63,904 nt of DNA, filler included, from Acetivibrio sp. (GCF_035371925.1; 8 parts of 8 records of this genome joined end to end with filler, not necessarily neighbours in it); one strand, 5' to 3'. Positions 48,228 through 58,384 are shown, numbered from the whole stretch's first letter. Notes: generated from the letters alone by a model not told the origin. Numbers and translations: made by a program.

Positions 48228-49931
48228 ATGAGAAGATTAATAGTGTTTTTTTCAATTTTGCTTGTTTTGATTATACCGGCAAATGTCAGGGTGGAGGCAT
48301 CGAGCATTGCCAATCTCGGTTTTGTTGAAGCCGATGTTATTTTGCAGCCGGATGGCAAAGCTATTGTATCCTATACCGTTCGATATAATCTGCTACCGGG
48401 AAAGACTATGCTGGCTTTTACCATGTCAGGGTTTGACAAGCTTAGTCCTGTCTTTGACAAAGATAATGCATGGGTTATAACTGACAACAACAATTCTTAT
48501 CCTATCGATATAGTAAGCCTCGGCGACGGCTATTATGACATTATAAATTCAGGCAATAAAAGGCTGGGAGGAGAATACCTTACCTACAAATTTCGTTTTG
48601 CTGCCGACATGGCTGCGGCCGGATATTTGAAAAAAACCACTGCCGAAGACGGACGAAAACTTGTGGTGTTTGACTGGGCTCCTACCGAATGGGATGAAGC
48701 AATGGAGCATTATACTGTTACAATAAATTATCCTTTGGCTTTTCCGAAGGAATCCGGCACAAGGGAAGAAGTTGAAAGCTTCCTTCTCGAGAATAATTTT
48801 GCTACGGAAAAGTGGATGAATGAGGAATATCTTATTGACTACCGGGTTAAAGTACTGAACGGGACCCCAAGGGTGCAGGTGCTGCTTCACAAGGAAAACT
48901 TAGGGCCAAAAGACAAGTTTAGGATTAAGCAGTACATTACGGAGGGTATTTTTAATCTGGACACTTCAAAGGGTATAGATACTCCGATAGATGACTTTGA
49001 GAATCAGCCCGAAAACCGGTATAAAGAAGATTTGGACAGGTATCCTATGCGTATGGACAATGGAACTGAGGGCAGGAAAGTTCTGTTAATAATTCTAATC
49101 GGCCTTTTTGCAGGAATTTACATCGTGATGGGGAGGAAGTACCGTTCTGTGGTCCAAGCGCAGAATACTTTATCTCAGGTTCAATGGGCAAGGTATGATT
49201 GGGAACCTCCACAGCTAGAAATAGCTTCGTTTAGAAAGGACGGTACTGTTGCTACAGGACTGGATGCAGTTGAAATAGCACTTATAATAGGAATTCCTTA
49301 CAAGAGGATTATTTCGGTTATCCTGTCAAAGCTTGTAGAACAGGGATTCCTCGAGGAGATTTCCGTAGAACCCCTACGGGTGCGCCGCATAGAACATGAT
49401 AATCCGTCATCGTTTTTAAATGAATATGAATTAATGATGTATGAAGCTGCAATAGACGGGGAGATTGACGAAAAGGAAATAGAAAGTATAATACAAAAGC
49501 TTATTGATAATGTGCAGCAAAAAACATGGGACTGCGACATAGAGGCCACCCGCAAGTACTATGCCGACAAGATGTCCGAAGCATTAAAGGACCAAAATGC
49601 AAATTCGGAACAAGGTATGGATAAGGAGCATATTGAGGAAGAGTATATTGACACATGGCCATATTGGTATTATTACTACAGTGGTTTGACATACAGCCAT
49701 GACAGAAATCGTCATAGGAGATATGAGGAGTCGGTATCGTATTATTCGGACAATTTTTCGTTTGATTCGGTGGCGGGTTCTAACGCGGGTGCTTTTGCAT
49801 GTCATTCGGCATGCCACTCAGCATGTCATGATGCATGCCATTCGGCCTGCCACTCGGCTTGTCATTCGGCCTGCCACTCAGCGTGTCATTCTGCTTGTCA
49901 CTCGGCTTGCGTGAGCGGGGGTGCAAGATGA
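48228..49931 (+). CDS. single-pass membrane protein, DUF2207-like architecture, with C-terminal (ACHS)x10 Cys/His tail; putative radical SAM substrate
   Basis: signal peptide, about 260-aa outer domain, [19 protein letters not shown], helical domain, WPYWYYYY, then repeat tail ending GGAR. Confidence 0.8.
   Translation: MRRLIVFFSILLVLIIPANVRVEASSIANLGFVEADVILQPDGKAIVSYTVRYNLLPGKTMLAFTMSGFDKLSPVFDKDNAWVITDNNNSYPIDIVSLGDGYYDIINSGNKRLGGEYLTYKFRFAADMAAAGYLKKTTAEDGRKLVVFDWAPTEWDEAMEHYTVTINYPLAFPKESGTREEVESFLLENNFATEKWMNEEYLIDYRVKVLNGTPRVQVLLHKENLGPKDKFRIKQYITEGIFNLDTSKGIDTPIDDFENQPENRYKEDLDRYPMRMDNGTEGRKVLLIILIGLFAGIYIVMGRKYRSVVQAQNTLSQVQWARYDWEPPQLEIASFRKDGTVATGLDAVEIALIIGIPYKRIISVILSKLVEQGFLEEISVEPLRVRRIEHDNPSSFLNEYELMMYEAAIDGEIDEKEIESIIQKLIDNVQQKTWDCDIEATRKYYADKMSEALKDQNANSEQGMDKEHIEEEYIDTWPYWYYYYSGLTYSHDRNRHRRYEESVSYYSDNFSFDSVAGSNAGAFACHSACHSACHDACHSACHSACHSACHSACHSACHSACVSGGAR
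49797..49916 (+). repeat. coding 12-bp tandem repeat: ACHS x8, ACHD x1, ACVS x1
   Basis: 10 units with varied synonymous codons (GCA/GCC/GCT/GCG, TGT/TGC, CAT/CAC, TCG/TCA/TCT). Confidence 0.95.
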
Positions 49932-51265
49932 CGAAAGATGAGAAGAAATTGGCATGGGTTGATGAGTTTTTAGCACGAATAAAGCCGTATGTTTATATCC
50001 GGCTTAGAGATAATGTTCTTATTCGTATGCCCAATGAGGCGTTTAAGCTTAATACCACCGGAGCGCGGATTATCGACCACATTTTAAAGGGTGGTTCGGT
50101 GTATGATTTTGTTAAGGTCCGCCCCGATGCAAAAGAAACCGAGACGCAGTTGGAGCGTTTCTTTGTAGATTTTTTACGAATGTGGAATAATGAAGTCTGT
50201 GAGAATTACAGAACAGCTGCCGTGCACAGGGTTGAATTTTCCAAAGGATATATCGAGCTTCCCGTTTTGTCGGAGGTTGCGCTCACATATGCCTGCAATA
50301 TAAAATGCCGTTTTTGTTATGCCGGCTGTACTGGGGCAAAAAGGAGCAGGGAGCTTGACAAGGAAGGCTTTAAAAAGGTTCTTGATATTATCCGGTATGA
50401 GGCTGAGGTGCCCAGTGTATCCTTTACGGGAGGAGAACCGCTTCTTAATAAAAATCTTCCCGAGCTAATAAAATATGCTTCAAAAGTTAATGGGATGAGG
50501 GTTAATCTTATAACAAACGGTACGCTGATAACTCCAAAGAAAGCCAAGGAGCTTGCAAAGGCGGGTCTTTCGTCGGCACAGGTCAGCATTGAATCTCCAT
50601 ATGCACCGGAACATGATTTAATTACTGGGGTAACGGGTTCCCATGAGGCTTCGGTATCGGGATATAAAGCTCTTAAAGCAGCGGGAGTTTTGGTTCACCC
50701 TCATTTTACAATTTGCAAGCTAAACCGAAAATCTGCCATGGAATATCCGGAATTTTGCAAAGAAATCGGTTCGGACAGGTTTTCCGCCAATCTGGTTATA
50801 CCTGCCGGCAGAGGCGGTGACGATGAATTGACCATTCGTTATAGTGATATCGGCGAAATAGTAGAAGAGATACGAAAAAAAGCCTCGATGCTCGGTGTTA
50901 AATTTATGTGGTATTCTCCAACTCCGTTATGCTTGTTTAATCCTATTCCGACAGGTCTTGGCAATAAAGGGTGCAGTGCCTGCGAAGGATTGCTTTCTGT
51001 TGACCCAGAAGGCAATATGCTGCCATGCTCAAGCTGGTCGGAGCCTATGGGAAATTTATTGGAAGAAGGCTTTGAGGCTGTATGGTCAAAAAAACGGTCC
51101 AAATGGATACGGGACAAGCAAGCGGCGCCTGAAGAATGCAAAGGCTGCAAGCATTTCGATGTATGTCAGGGAGCCTGTCCCTTATATTTCAATATACACG
51201 GATACGAGGAGCTCCATAGTGCATGGAAGTCCTTCGGTCTATGCAAAGAAAGGAGTACAGTATGA
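49928..51265 (+). CDS. radical SAM/SPASM peptide maturase with N-terminal PqqD/RRE-like domain
   Basis: [18 protein letters not shown]-like motif, [24 protein letters not shown]...PC...[18 protein letters not shown] overlap with the upstream stop. Confidence 0.9.
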   Translation: MTKDEKKLAWVDEFLARIKPYVYIRLRDNVLIRMPNEAFKLNTTGARIIDHILKGGSVYDFVKVRPDAKETETQLERFFVDFLRMWNNEVCENYRTAAVHRVEFSKGYIELPVLSEVALTYACNIKCRFCYAGCTGAKRSRELDKEGFKKVLDIIRYEAEVPSVSFTGGEPLLNKNLPELIKYASKVNGMRVNLITNGTLITPKKAKELAKAGLSSAQVSIESPYAPEHDLITGVTGSHEASVSGYKALKAAGVLVHPHFTICKLNRKSAMEYPEFCKEIGSDRFSANLVIPAGRGGDDELTIRYSDIGEIVEEIRKKASMLGVKFMWYSPTPLCLFNPIPTGLGNKGCSACEGLLSVDPEGNMLPCSSWSEPMGNLLEEGFEAVWSKKRSKWIRDKQAAPEECKGCKHFDVCQGACPLYFNIHGYEELHSAWKSFGLCKERSTV

Positions 51266-52266
51266 GTAACTGGATTCATATACCGGGCTTTCCATCTCCG
51301 GAAGAACAGGATAGTTTAAAATTTTATGTATTAACCAACTTGCCATATTCAACTAGAATAACTATATATTTACTGCTCATAGCTGTTGGCTTTGCAATTC
51401 AGTTTATTACGATGAATCCCTGGTTTGGAGCTGTTTTTTTAATTTGTGCGACGATTTTGAGCCTGGTTCGCGGGATTGACAGTCATAAGAAGCTCACCGG
51501 CTTTAAAAACGATAAGAATTGGACGACGGTTGATATGGAGCGTATCAATGAAATTAGAAAACTTGATGATTCAATATCAAAGTGGGATAAAGATGCTTTT
51601 GATATAACCAATGGATTAGGAATCTTTGCATTTATATTTTGTATTTTCGGTTTGATTATAATCTCAAAAATTATGATGTCTAATCCGGGATATTATCAGA
51701 CGGGAAAGATTTTGATGACCGATACGATTATAGTTTTGGTGCCCATATGGTTTAACGGAACACGAGAGGTTTTCAAACAAAAGAAACTAAGGATAAAAAT
51801 TGATATTATACAAAGGATGGAAGAGTACTTCGGGGCTATTAAGAAAGAAGGAGAACATTTTAAGCCTGCATTGCTGCTTGCTAGGAACAGTAAAGGAAAA
51901 AGCATACCCAAAGATGCGCGTTTTAATATTTCTTTTGACGGTATGCCGGCAGAATTCTATGGTGTTCAGGCGCAGATAAATATAAATGTCGTGGAGGGAG
52001 CAGATTATCCTTATTTCTATTGCGTTATACCTGCAAAATCAGGATTTGGGCTTCAAGAGTTTGTATATAAAATTCCTAAAGGTAAAAGTGTTGGTTCGGA
52101 CCGTGTTATTGTAGAATTTCAACAAGACGAAGAAGCGGAGGTAATTGTTATTCGCCAGAATACGACGAAGACATCAGGATATCATACAAAGATAGACAGT
52201 TGCAAAAATATACTTAATATTGCTCTCAACGGTGCAAGGATTATACTTGAAGCGAAAGGAAATTGA
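51262..52266 (+). CDS. hypothetical membrane protein, two TM pairs plus soluble C-terminal domain
   Basis: ATG 51262 overlaps the radical SAM TGA, AAGGAG RBS; hydrophobic pairs near aa 25-65 and 120-165. Confidence 0.75.
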   Translation: MSNWIHIPGFPSPEEQDSLKFYVLTNLPYSTRITIYLLLIAVGFAIQFITMNPWFGAVFLICATILSLVRGIDSHKKLTGFKNDKNWTTVDMERINEIRKLDDSISKWDKDAFDITNGLGIFAFIFCIFGLIIISKIMMSNPGYYQTGKILMTDTIIVLVPIWFNGTREVFKQKKLRIKIDIIQRMEEYFGAIKKEGEHFKPALLLARNSKGKSIPKDARFNISFDGMPAEFYGVQAQININVVEGADYPYFYCVIPAKSGFGLQEFVYKIPKGKSVGSDRVIVEFQQDEEAEVIVIRQNTTKTSGYHTKIDSCKNILNIALNGARIILEAKGN

Positions 52267-52288
52267 TTGTAAGGAGTGACGTAAATTA

Positions 52289-52867
52289 ATGAGCGGGACA
52301 TCACATATACGTTTGTATAATCCGGTATTGGAGACAGAAAGACTTCTCTTAAGAAAGCTTATGATTTCCGATGACAGGGATATATTTGAATATGCAAAGG
52401 ACCCGGAGGTGTCCAGATATGTGACGTGGGAGCCGCACAAGTCCATAGAGGACGCCAGGGCATTTATCAATTGGAATATTGAACGTTATAACAAGGGTGA
52501 CATTGGAGAATGGGGTATTGAGCTTAAGGAAACCGGCCGGATAATCGGAAGTATTGGGTTTGTGGAGCTTGACAAAGTAAATTTCTGTGGAACAGTAGGG
52601 TATGCCCTGTCTAAAGAATATTGGGGAAAGGGTATAATGACCGAAGCGGTAAAGCGCATAATCCGTTTTGCTTTTGAAGAAATGGGACTAAACAGGGTTG
52701 AGGCAGTTCATATTCCCGAAAATGAAGCCTCGGGAAAGGTAATGCAAAAAGCAGGAATGATATACGAAGGGCTGTTGCGTCAAAGAATGTTTGCAAAGGG
52801 CAGATTTTGGGACTTGAAGCAGTATGCAATTGTAAAAGATGATGTTTGTGAATATCGACAGAATTAA
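52289..52867 (+). CDS. RimJ/RimL-family GNAT N-acetyltransferase
   Basis: LETERLLLR, VGYALSKEYWGKGIMTEA, NEASGKVMQKAGM. Confidence 0.9.
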   Translation: MSGTSHIRLYNPVLETERLLLRKLMISDDRDIFEYAKDPEVSRYVTWEPHKSIEDARAFINWNIERYNKGDIGEWGIELKETGRIIGSIGFVELDKVNFCGTVGYALSKEYWGKGIMTEAVKRIIRFAFEEMGLNRVEAVHIPENEASGKVMQKAGMIYEGLLRQRMFAKGRFWDLKQYAIVKDDVCEYRQN

Positions 52868-52869
52868 TC

Positions 52870-52898
52870 TTGACAGTGGAAATTTAATTTGATAACAT
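52870..52898 (+). promoter_or_regulatory. sigma-A promoter of the T-box leader
   Basis: TTGACA-17 nt-TAACAT with TG extended -10. Confidence 0.65.
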
Positions 52899-52909
52899 AT
52901 TATCAAAAA

Positions 52910-53290
52910 TGGTTAAATGCGTTGATGAGGAGAAAGCACTGCTATGACGTGTTCCAGAGAGCTGTTGGTTGCTGCAAAACAGTACACGGGGCAGATTGCG
53001 AGCTCGCCTTTGAGCAGTCGGCTGAAAGCTGTAAAAGTTTTTTGCGGCAAGTAGGTGCGAACGGGTTTCTCGCCGTTACAACGAGAAGGCATTGACTTGG
53101 TATCTTGGAATGCAATGAAAGAGTCAAAAACAAAGGGATTCGATGTCCCGAGCCTATATTGGTAAACAGGATTCTATTTCGATGCCGGAGAGTGGGTATT
53201 TTTATATACCAAAAAGAGTGGTACCGCGGAAAGAAATGGCTTTCGTCTCTAACATATATATGTTATGAGGTGAAAGCTTTTTTAGTTTTC
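52910..53290 (+). ncRNA. T-box riboswitch, probable Cys (UGC) specifier; regulated gene not in this contig
   Basis: stem I AGAGA and GCTG motifs, GAT-TGC-G specifier loop (52997-52999), GAGTGGTACCGCG T-box (53216-53228), terminator with T tract. Confidence 0.8.
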
Positions 53291-53379
53291 ATAAGTTTAA
53301 AAAACTGGGATTATAGGAGGAATGTTATCCTGAATTTTGCAGTTAGAAGAGGGAAAAAGAGCCCATAACCACGCTAAAA

Positions 53380-53479
53380 NNNNNNNNNNNNNNNNNNNNN
53401 NNNNNNNNNNNNNNNNNNNNNNNTTAATTAATTAANNNNNNNNNNNNNNNNNNNNNNNNNNNNNNNNNNNNNNNNNNNN
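53380..53479. other. artificial contig linker
   Basis: 44 N + TTAATTAATTAA + 44 N. Confidence 0.98.
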
Positions 53480-53513
53480 TATCCCATTAATTAACATTCA
53501 GCAGGTTTTCCAG

Positions 53514-53903
53514 TTACTTTTCGAGACTATTCTTTATAAAAAAGTCTTCTGTTAAAAGGTTTTTGACAAGATACCGATACTCCTTGTCAAGCAAGCCCTT
53601 GTTGCTGTCAATTAATGCATACTCCATAAGTATGCCTATCGACTCCGACAAAGTATTTGTATCTCCTCTTTCTGGGTGGGTGTTGGTTATAATTCCACCT
53701 TCAGGATCCATCAGATGAGTCTCTATAAATTTTAAAAGTACGCGTTTCTTTTCCTCATATTTGCTTCTTTGAGTATCTTCCTCTAAAAATATGCTTGATG
53801 CGCCAAAAAGAAGTGTATTATCAAATCTTTTGCTATAAATTATGCCCCCAAGTATTAGTATAAAAGTGATAATGACAATAGTGCCCAAATAAAACCTTTT
53901 CAT
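53514..53903 (-). pseudogene. N-terminal fragment of a membrane-anchored GH8-like protein
   Basis: signal anchor then TLSESIGILMEYA motif; stops about 35 nt before the contig end, far short of a full (alpha/alpha)6 barrel. Confidence 0.5.
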
Positions 53904-54037
53904 CTCCCTATCCCCCTGTAATGAATGTATGAATTCGCATACTTCAATATTCATAACATCAACAAGAGGGTGTACGGCTTTAGCTCAAAAAAAGAGGAGA
54001 GACTTAAAAGCCTCCCCCAAAATGTATGTCAAAAATG

Positions 54038-56203
54038 CTAAATTTGAAGGTAGTTATAAATTATTATCAAAGCGTCCGCTCTTTTTAATTCATCTTTCGG
54101 TCCGAAGTATTCTCCGTAACCGTTCACAATCTTAAGTCCCTTTGCTATAACCACATACCCGATTAATTCCGGATTAATTTCATCCTTATCCTTGAAGGTA
54201 CAGTTGAAAATGCCACTAATATCTGCCACTTTATCATAACCTAATGCCCTTATAACAAACTTCACGCTTTCTTCTCTTGTCAAATAAGCTTCCGGATTCT
54301 TTTCGCCCTCTTTTACAATTCCCTGCCTTATAAGCGATTTATAGAGGTTTTCGGTTTCCTCGTCGCTGCTTAAGGCACTCTTTCCATAGTACTGATATCC
54401 GTTTAGAACTTGGGAAATAAGAAGCAGGAAATCCTTTTGCTTTATTTTCTCATCGGGCTTTAACTCAGGGCCTTCCAATCCAACACCAATCTCCGCCAAC
54501 AATTCAATCTGCTTTTTGGCATAGTGGTCTGAAATATCGGTATATTCCAAAGCTTTCTTTTCCTTGTAGGGTTTTCCGTCATTGTCTAAAATGGCTCCCG
54601 TATTTGCATCAAATCTTACCGGTTTATCGTCATTAAGAGCATATACAAGCTTTGCTTCCGTTTTCTTATCCGCGCTCTCAGCTGATTTTTCGAGATATAC
54701 AACATCATTTTCATTAACAATAATATACTGAAGTTCCAAACCTATTTCCTTAAATAATATTTCATAGATCTTTTCAAGTTCAACAGCATTTTTTACCGAA
54801 GGAAATTCTACATCGTACCATTCCAAACTGTAACTTTGAATTTTACCCGTTACGGCATCAAATCCCACTCTAATGCCGTTATCCGGGAAAGGAACTCCAT
54901 CGACCATTCTAATGTAGCTAAATTCATAATATGTAGGCTGTTCGTTCTCAGGATATGCTATCTCCTCATCAGCGGGTTTATTATATTCAGTCTCTTTAAA
55001 TTTTTCCGGTTGAATCTCCTTTATAAATTCTTCAACAGCTTTCTTTGAAGCTTCCTTGTCAAACTTCGCCTTGTCTTCTTCTCTGTCCCGGTTAATATGA
55101 AAGCTTAGTATTTCACCGGTTTTCGCATTCATGGTAACATTTATACCGCAGTAGTTCTTGCCGCTTTCGTCTATGTCTTTTAAAAAGTAAAAATTCCAAT
55201 TGTAATTGGTTTTAACTGTCCAGTCTTTGAAAAGACTTGCACTCTCAACGGTGAATGTATCGTCAAGTCCCAATACCTTAAATTCCCTGGCTATCTTTTC
55301 CGCCTCTTTCTGAGTCAAGAGTCCTGAAACTTCTTCCACTGCCGCCATTTCCTCAGGTGTAAGAGCCACATCTCCAGCACCTGCCCAAGCATCGGAAAAA
55401 GCTGCCCCTTTCTTCATCGCTTCATTGTAAGTCAGGTATATGCTTGATCCCGGTTTAATTCTCTCCCCTGTGACAGCATCAATATAGTATCTCGAACTGT
55501 ATACAGGTGTGTATGCGGCATATACCCTAACGCCGTCCTTCTCGGCTACTGCATTGTATGTAAGTCTCACACCAAGATTTTTAATATATGCCTCCTGTGC
55601 TTCTTTAAGGCTTAAGATTTTTTCGTCGGAAGGAAAACTTACGTCCTTGTTCCATGATTTGTTATAGCTTATCAGTTCGCCGGTATGTTTGTCTATTCCC
55701 AGCGAAATTTTATTGGACGGAACTACAATCCCGTTATATGTTCTTACATATGTAAAATAATATGCCTGGTCATAAATTGATATGCCCTGATTATCCTCCA
55801 TAAATTCCAAACTATCCAATATACCCGGATTAATCTTTTCAATAGCTTCCTCAGCCTTGGCTTTTGCCTCACTCCTGCTTATCTTCGGAAGCTTTGAATT
55901 ATCCCGGTCCGTATACTTGTAACAATTGTAGTTTAAGATATCCCCTGTGCTGTCCACAGTAACGGAAACACTTGTACCTTCATCACCCTTTGTTGGATAC
56001 CACTCCAGCATCCATATCATAATGTCTCCCATAGTTCTGGCAGCATAAGAAAATTCGCTGCTTTCTTCAGGAATCACAAACAACTGCTTTACTCTTTTGA
56101 TTGCATCTTCAAGTCCGGCATTATCTTTGGCAAATCCAACCCCGGACAGAGTCACGGATACAATCATAACCAGTGCTACAGCCAGCACCAATTTGCTTTT
56201 CAT
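54038..56203 (-). CDS. secreted YcdB/YcdC(PepSY-like)-repeat protein with C-terminal SLH domains
   Basis: signal peptide, repeated V.VD..TG.I..Y units, YTDISDHYAKKQIELLAEIG, FKDKDEI...GYFGPKDELKRADA. Confidence 0.82.
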   Translation of the reverse strand: MKSKLVLAVALVMIVSVTLSGVGFAKDNAGLEDAIKRVKQLFVIPEESSEFSYAARTMGDIMIWMLEWYPTKGDEGTSVSVTVDSTGDILNYNCYKYTDRDNSKLPKISRSEAKAKAEEAIEKINPGILDSLEFMEDNQGISIYDQAYYFTYVRTYNGIVVPSNKISLGIDKHTGELISYNKSWNKDVSFPSDEKILSLKEAQEAYIKNLGVRLTYNAVAEKDGVRVYAAYTPVYSSRYYIDAVTGERIKPGSSIYLTYNEAMKKGAAFSDAWAGAGDVALTPEEMAAVEEVSGLLTQKEAEKIAREFKVLGLDDTFTVESASLFKDWTVKTNYNWNFYFLKDIDESGKNYCGINVTMNAKTGEILSFHINRDREEDKAKFDKEASKKAVEEFIKEIQPEKFKETEYNKPADEEIAYPENEQPTYYEFSYIRMVDGVPFPDNGIRVGFDAVTGKIQSYSLEWYDVEFPSVKNAVELEKIYEILFKEIGLELQYIIVNENDVVYLEKSAESADKKTEAKLVYALNDDKPVRFDANTGAILDNDGKPYKEKKALEYTDISDHYAKKQIELLAEIGVGLEGPELKPDEKIKQKDFLLLISQVLNGYQYYGKSALSSDEETENLYKSLIRQGIVKEGEKNPEAYLTREESVKFVIRALGYDKVADISGIFNCTFKDKDEINPELIGYVVIAKGLKIVNGYGEYFGPKDELKRADALIIIYNYLQI

Positions 56204-56301
56204 ATTTATTCACTCCTTGTTTTTTTATAATAATCCTACTTATTAGACTGATTATCATTCCCAAAAGTTCCTTCGGTTTTAAAAAAAATTCAATTTTTCA
56301 T

Positions 56302-57123
56302 TTACTTTTCTTTAACCAATTCCAATACCACAATCTCAGGCCGGGCAAAAAACCTTATGGGAATGCCTGAAGTACCCACTCCATTGCTGACATAAACCCG
56401 GGTGTACTTGGTATCCGCCACACCTGTCCTGTATTTTTGGCCGTAAATCGAAGGAATATAGGGGGCCCACAGGCCAAAAAGCGTAACCTGTCCACCATGG
56501 GTATGACCGCTTAATACAATATCTATCTTGTAATTTCGAATGGTTTCCGCATAATCGGGGTCGTGCGACAGCAAAATGACAAAGTCATCTTCGCCGACAT
56601 CTTCAAGATACGACTCTATCGGATATAAATAGCGGTTAAAGTAGCCAACTCCGCACACCTTTATCCTGCCGCTGCCATAAGTAATCCATTGGGCTGCATT
56701 ATCAAGAAGGGTTATTCCCGCTTCTTTCATGCTTTGCCTTACAAGTTCTCCATTACGATAATAATCGTGGTTTCCCAGAACCCCAAACCTTCCTAAGGGA
56801 GCTTCAAGATGGCTTAGTTCTTCAAAACAGGGTTTTATATACTCCCTGCTTTTTTCCACATAGTCTCCCCCGACAAAAATAATGTCCGGGTTAAGACTAT
56901 TGACCTTTTCCACCATATTCCTGACCCTTTCCCTGGAAAAATACGGGCCATGGTGAATATCCGAAGCAAAAACTATTCTCTTTCCGTCAAAGGAATCCGG
57001 AATGTCGGAGTCCTTCACCTTTATGTACGTTACCTTTATCCAATATGGCTCTACAAACATATATGCCATTATCAAAATACAGCTTGATAATATTGACAAT
57101 AAAACCTTCCGTTTTTTCTTCAT
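56302..57123 (-). CDS. membrane-anchored metallophosphoesterase (YkuE-like)
   Basis: SDIH, GGDYV, LGNHD, SHDP, SGHTHGGQ, SNGVG. Confidence 0.92.
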   Translation of the reverse strand: MKKKRKVLLSILSSCILIMAYMFVEPYWIKVTYIKVKDSDIPDSFDGKRIVFASDIHHGPYFSRERVRNMVEKVNSLNPDIIFVGGDYVEKSREYIKPCFEELSHLEAPLGRFGVLGNHDYYRNGELVRQSMKEAGITLLDNAAQWITYGSGRIKVCGVGYFNRYLYPIESYLEDVGEDDFVILLSHDPDYAETIRNYKIDIVLSGHTHGGQVTLFGLWAPYIPSIYGQKYRTGVADTKYTRVYVSNGVGTSGIPIRFFARPEIVVLELVKEK

Positions 57124-57274
57124 TTTTGTGCATTCCCCTGCCGTAACCGATGCTTTAACGTATCTTCCTAATTATATCACAAAATACATGAGTTTAATAA
57201 AATGCATGTCATAATTTCTAAAGTTCATAATTAATTCATATAAATTCTATGAATAAAAAATAAGGAGAAATACC

Positions 57275-58384
57275 ATGTATGCGTTTGTGACAATAAAGCG
57301 TTCAATACTTATATGCGTCGTTTTTGCGGTATCAATTTGTGCTCTAAGTATAACTCTATACAATGCCTCACCGTTTTTGCCAAGCATAGCTATTAATGAA
57401 GAGCACATAATTATGCTCGATGAAATTTTCAAAATCAGAAATAAAGCCTTCCTGGATAAAGATTTGGAGCTGATAGAGACACTCTACAACAAAAATACAA
57501 AGCTTGGTACGTGGGCATTCGAGCACCAGGAAAAAAAGATGAGATACCTTCACACCTGGGCTGACAAACAAGCCATAAAATTTACCGATATAAAAACCAA
57601 AATTAAAATCCGTCAGGTAAAAGAAAGGGGCTCCGGTTATTCGATCAATTTCATAGCTTCTACAGAGTACAGTTACACCTACGAAGACCAGCCTGAAATC
57701 GCCAATTCTTTCAGAATCGGCACCTACCATTCCTTAACTCTGGATAATATTGACGGCAAGTGGCTCATTTCAAAGGAATGGTATACCGACCCCTTTGCAG
57801 ATTCTTTAAACACCGACAATATAAAAGTGGATGAATTTAAACAATACTTGCTAAACTCCAATGCCAGAGATTTCTCCAAGCTCAACAAAAGGCGCCTTGG
57901 CGCGGTGGAATATGCCGACCGCTACTGTGGCGCCGCTTCCGATGAACAATATGGCTATGCTTACAATAAAAAATACAAAGACTACAACCCTTTGGGGGGA
58001 GACTGCGCAAACTTCGCTTCCCAAATTCTCTACGAAGGAGGCAAATTCAAGCAGACCGGCGCATGGAGGTATGAAAAAGACGGAAGTAAAGCATGGGTCA
58101 ACGCCCATGCCTTCAACAGCTACATGCTTTACAGCGGCAGAGGCTCATTAATTGCAAAAGGTACTTACAACCAGGTTTTCAAAGCCTCCTTTAAACTACT
58201 GCCGGGGGACTATATAGCCTACGAAAAAAAGGGAAAAGTAGTCCATATATCCGTTGTAACCGGTGCCGACTCAAAGGGTTATTCCCTTGTCAGCTGTCAC
58301 AATACCGACAGGCACAGAGTGCCTTGGGATTTAGGGTGGAGTGACAAAGGTATTAAATTCTGGCTGGTCAGAGTAAATTATTAA
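57275..58384 (+). CDS. exported putative amidase-domain (Amidase_6-like) protein
   Basis: AVEYADRY, GGDCANFASQIL, PGDYIAY, HISVVTG, CHNTDR. Confidence 0.82.
   Translation: MYAFVTIKRSILICVVFAVSICALSITLYNASPFLPSIAINEEHIIMLDEIFKIRNKAFLDKDLELIETLYNKNTKLGTWAFEHQEKKMRYLHTWADKQAIKFTDIKTKIKIRQVKERGSGYSINFIASTEYSYTYEDQPEIANSFRIGTYHSLTLDNIDGKWLISKEWYTDPFADSLNTDNIKVDEFKQYLLNSNARDFSKLNKRRLGAVEYADRYCGAASDEQYGYAYNKKYKDYNPLGGDCANFASQILYEGGKFKQTGAWRYEKDGSKAWVNAHAFNSYMLYSGRGSLIAKGTYNQVFKASFKLLPGDYIAYEKKGKVVHISVVTGADSKGYSLVSCHNTDRHRVPWDLGWSDKGIKFWLVRVNY

Noticed and set aside
49797..49916. ACHS repeat as a CRISPR array, microsatellite, HxsA (His-Xaa-Ser) or SCIFF peptide
   Set aside because: No spacers; it is in frame with varied codons; period is 4 with Cys, not the 3-residue HxS; no six-Cys SCIFF pattern.
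49835..49927. ORF-track N-terminal extension of the radical SAM enzyme ([11 protein letters not shown]...)
   Set aside because: It is the alternative frame of the ACHS repeat; the ATGA-coupled start at 49928 is more plausible.
52910..53290. Cys T-box as regulator of the Cys-rich ACHS operon
   Set aside because: It lies downstream on the same strand with its own promoter, so it controls what follows; proximity is treated as coincidence.
52889..53368. ORFs 52889-53095, 52942-53133 and 53105-53368
   Set aside because: They overlap the T-box leader and have no recognisable protein features.
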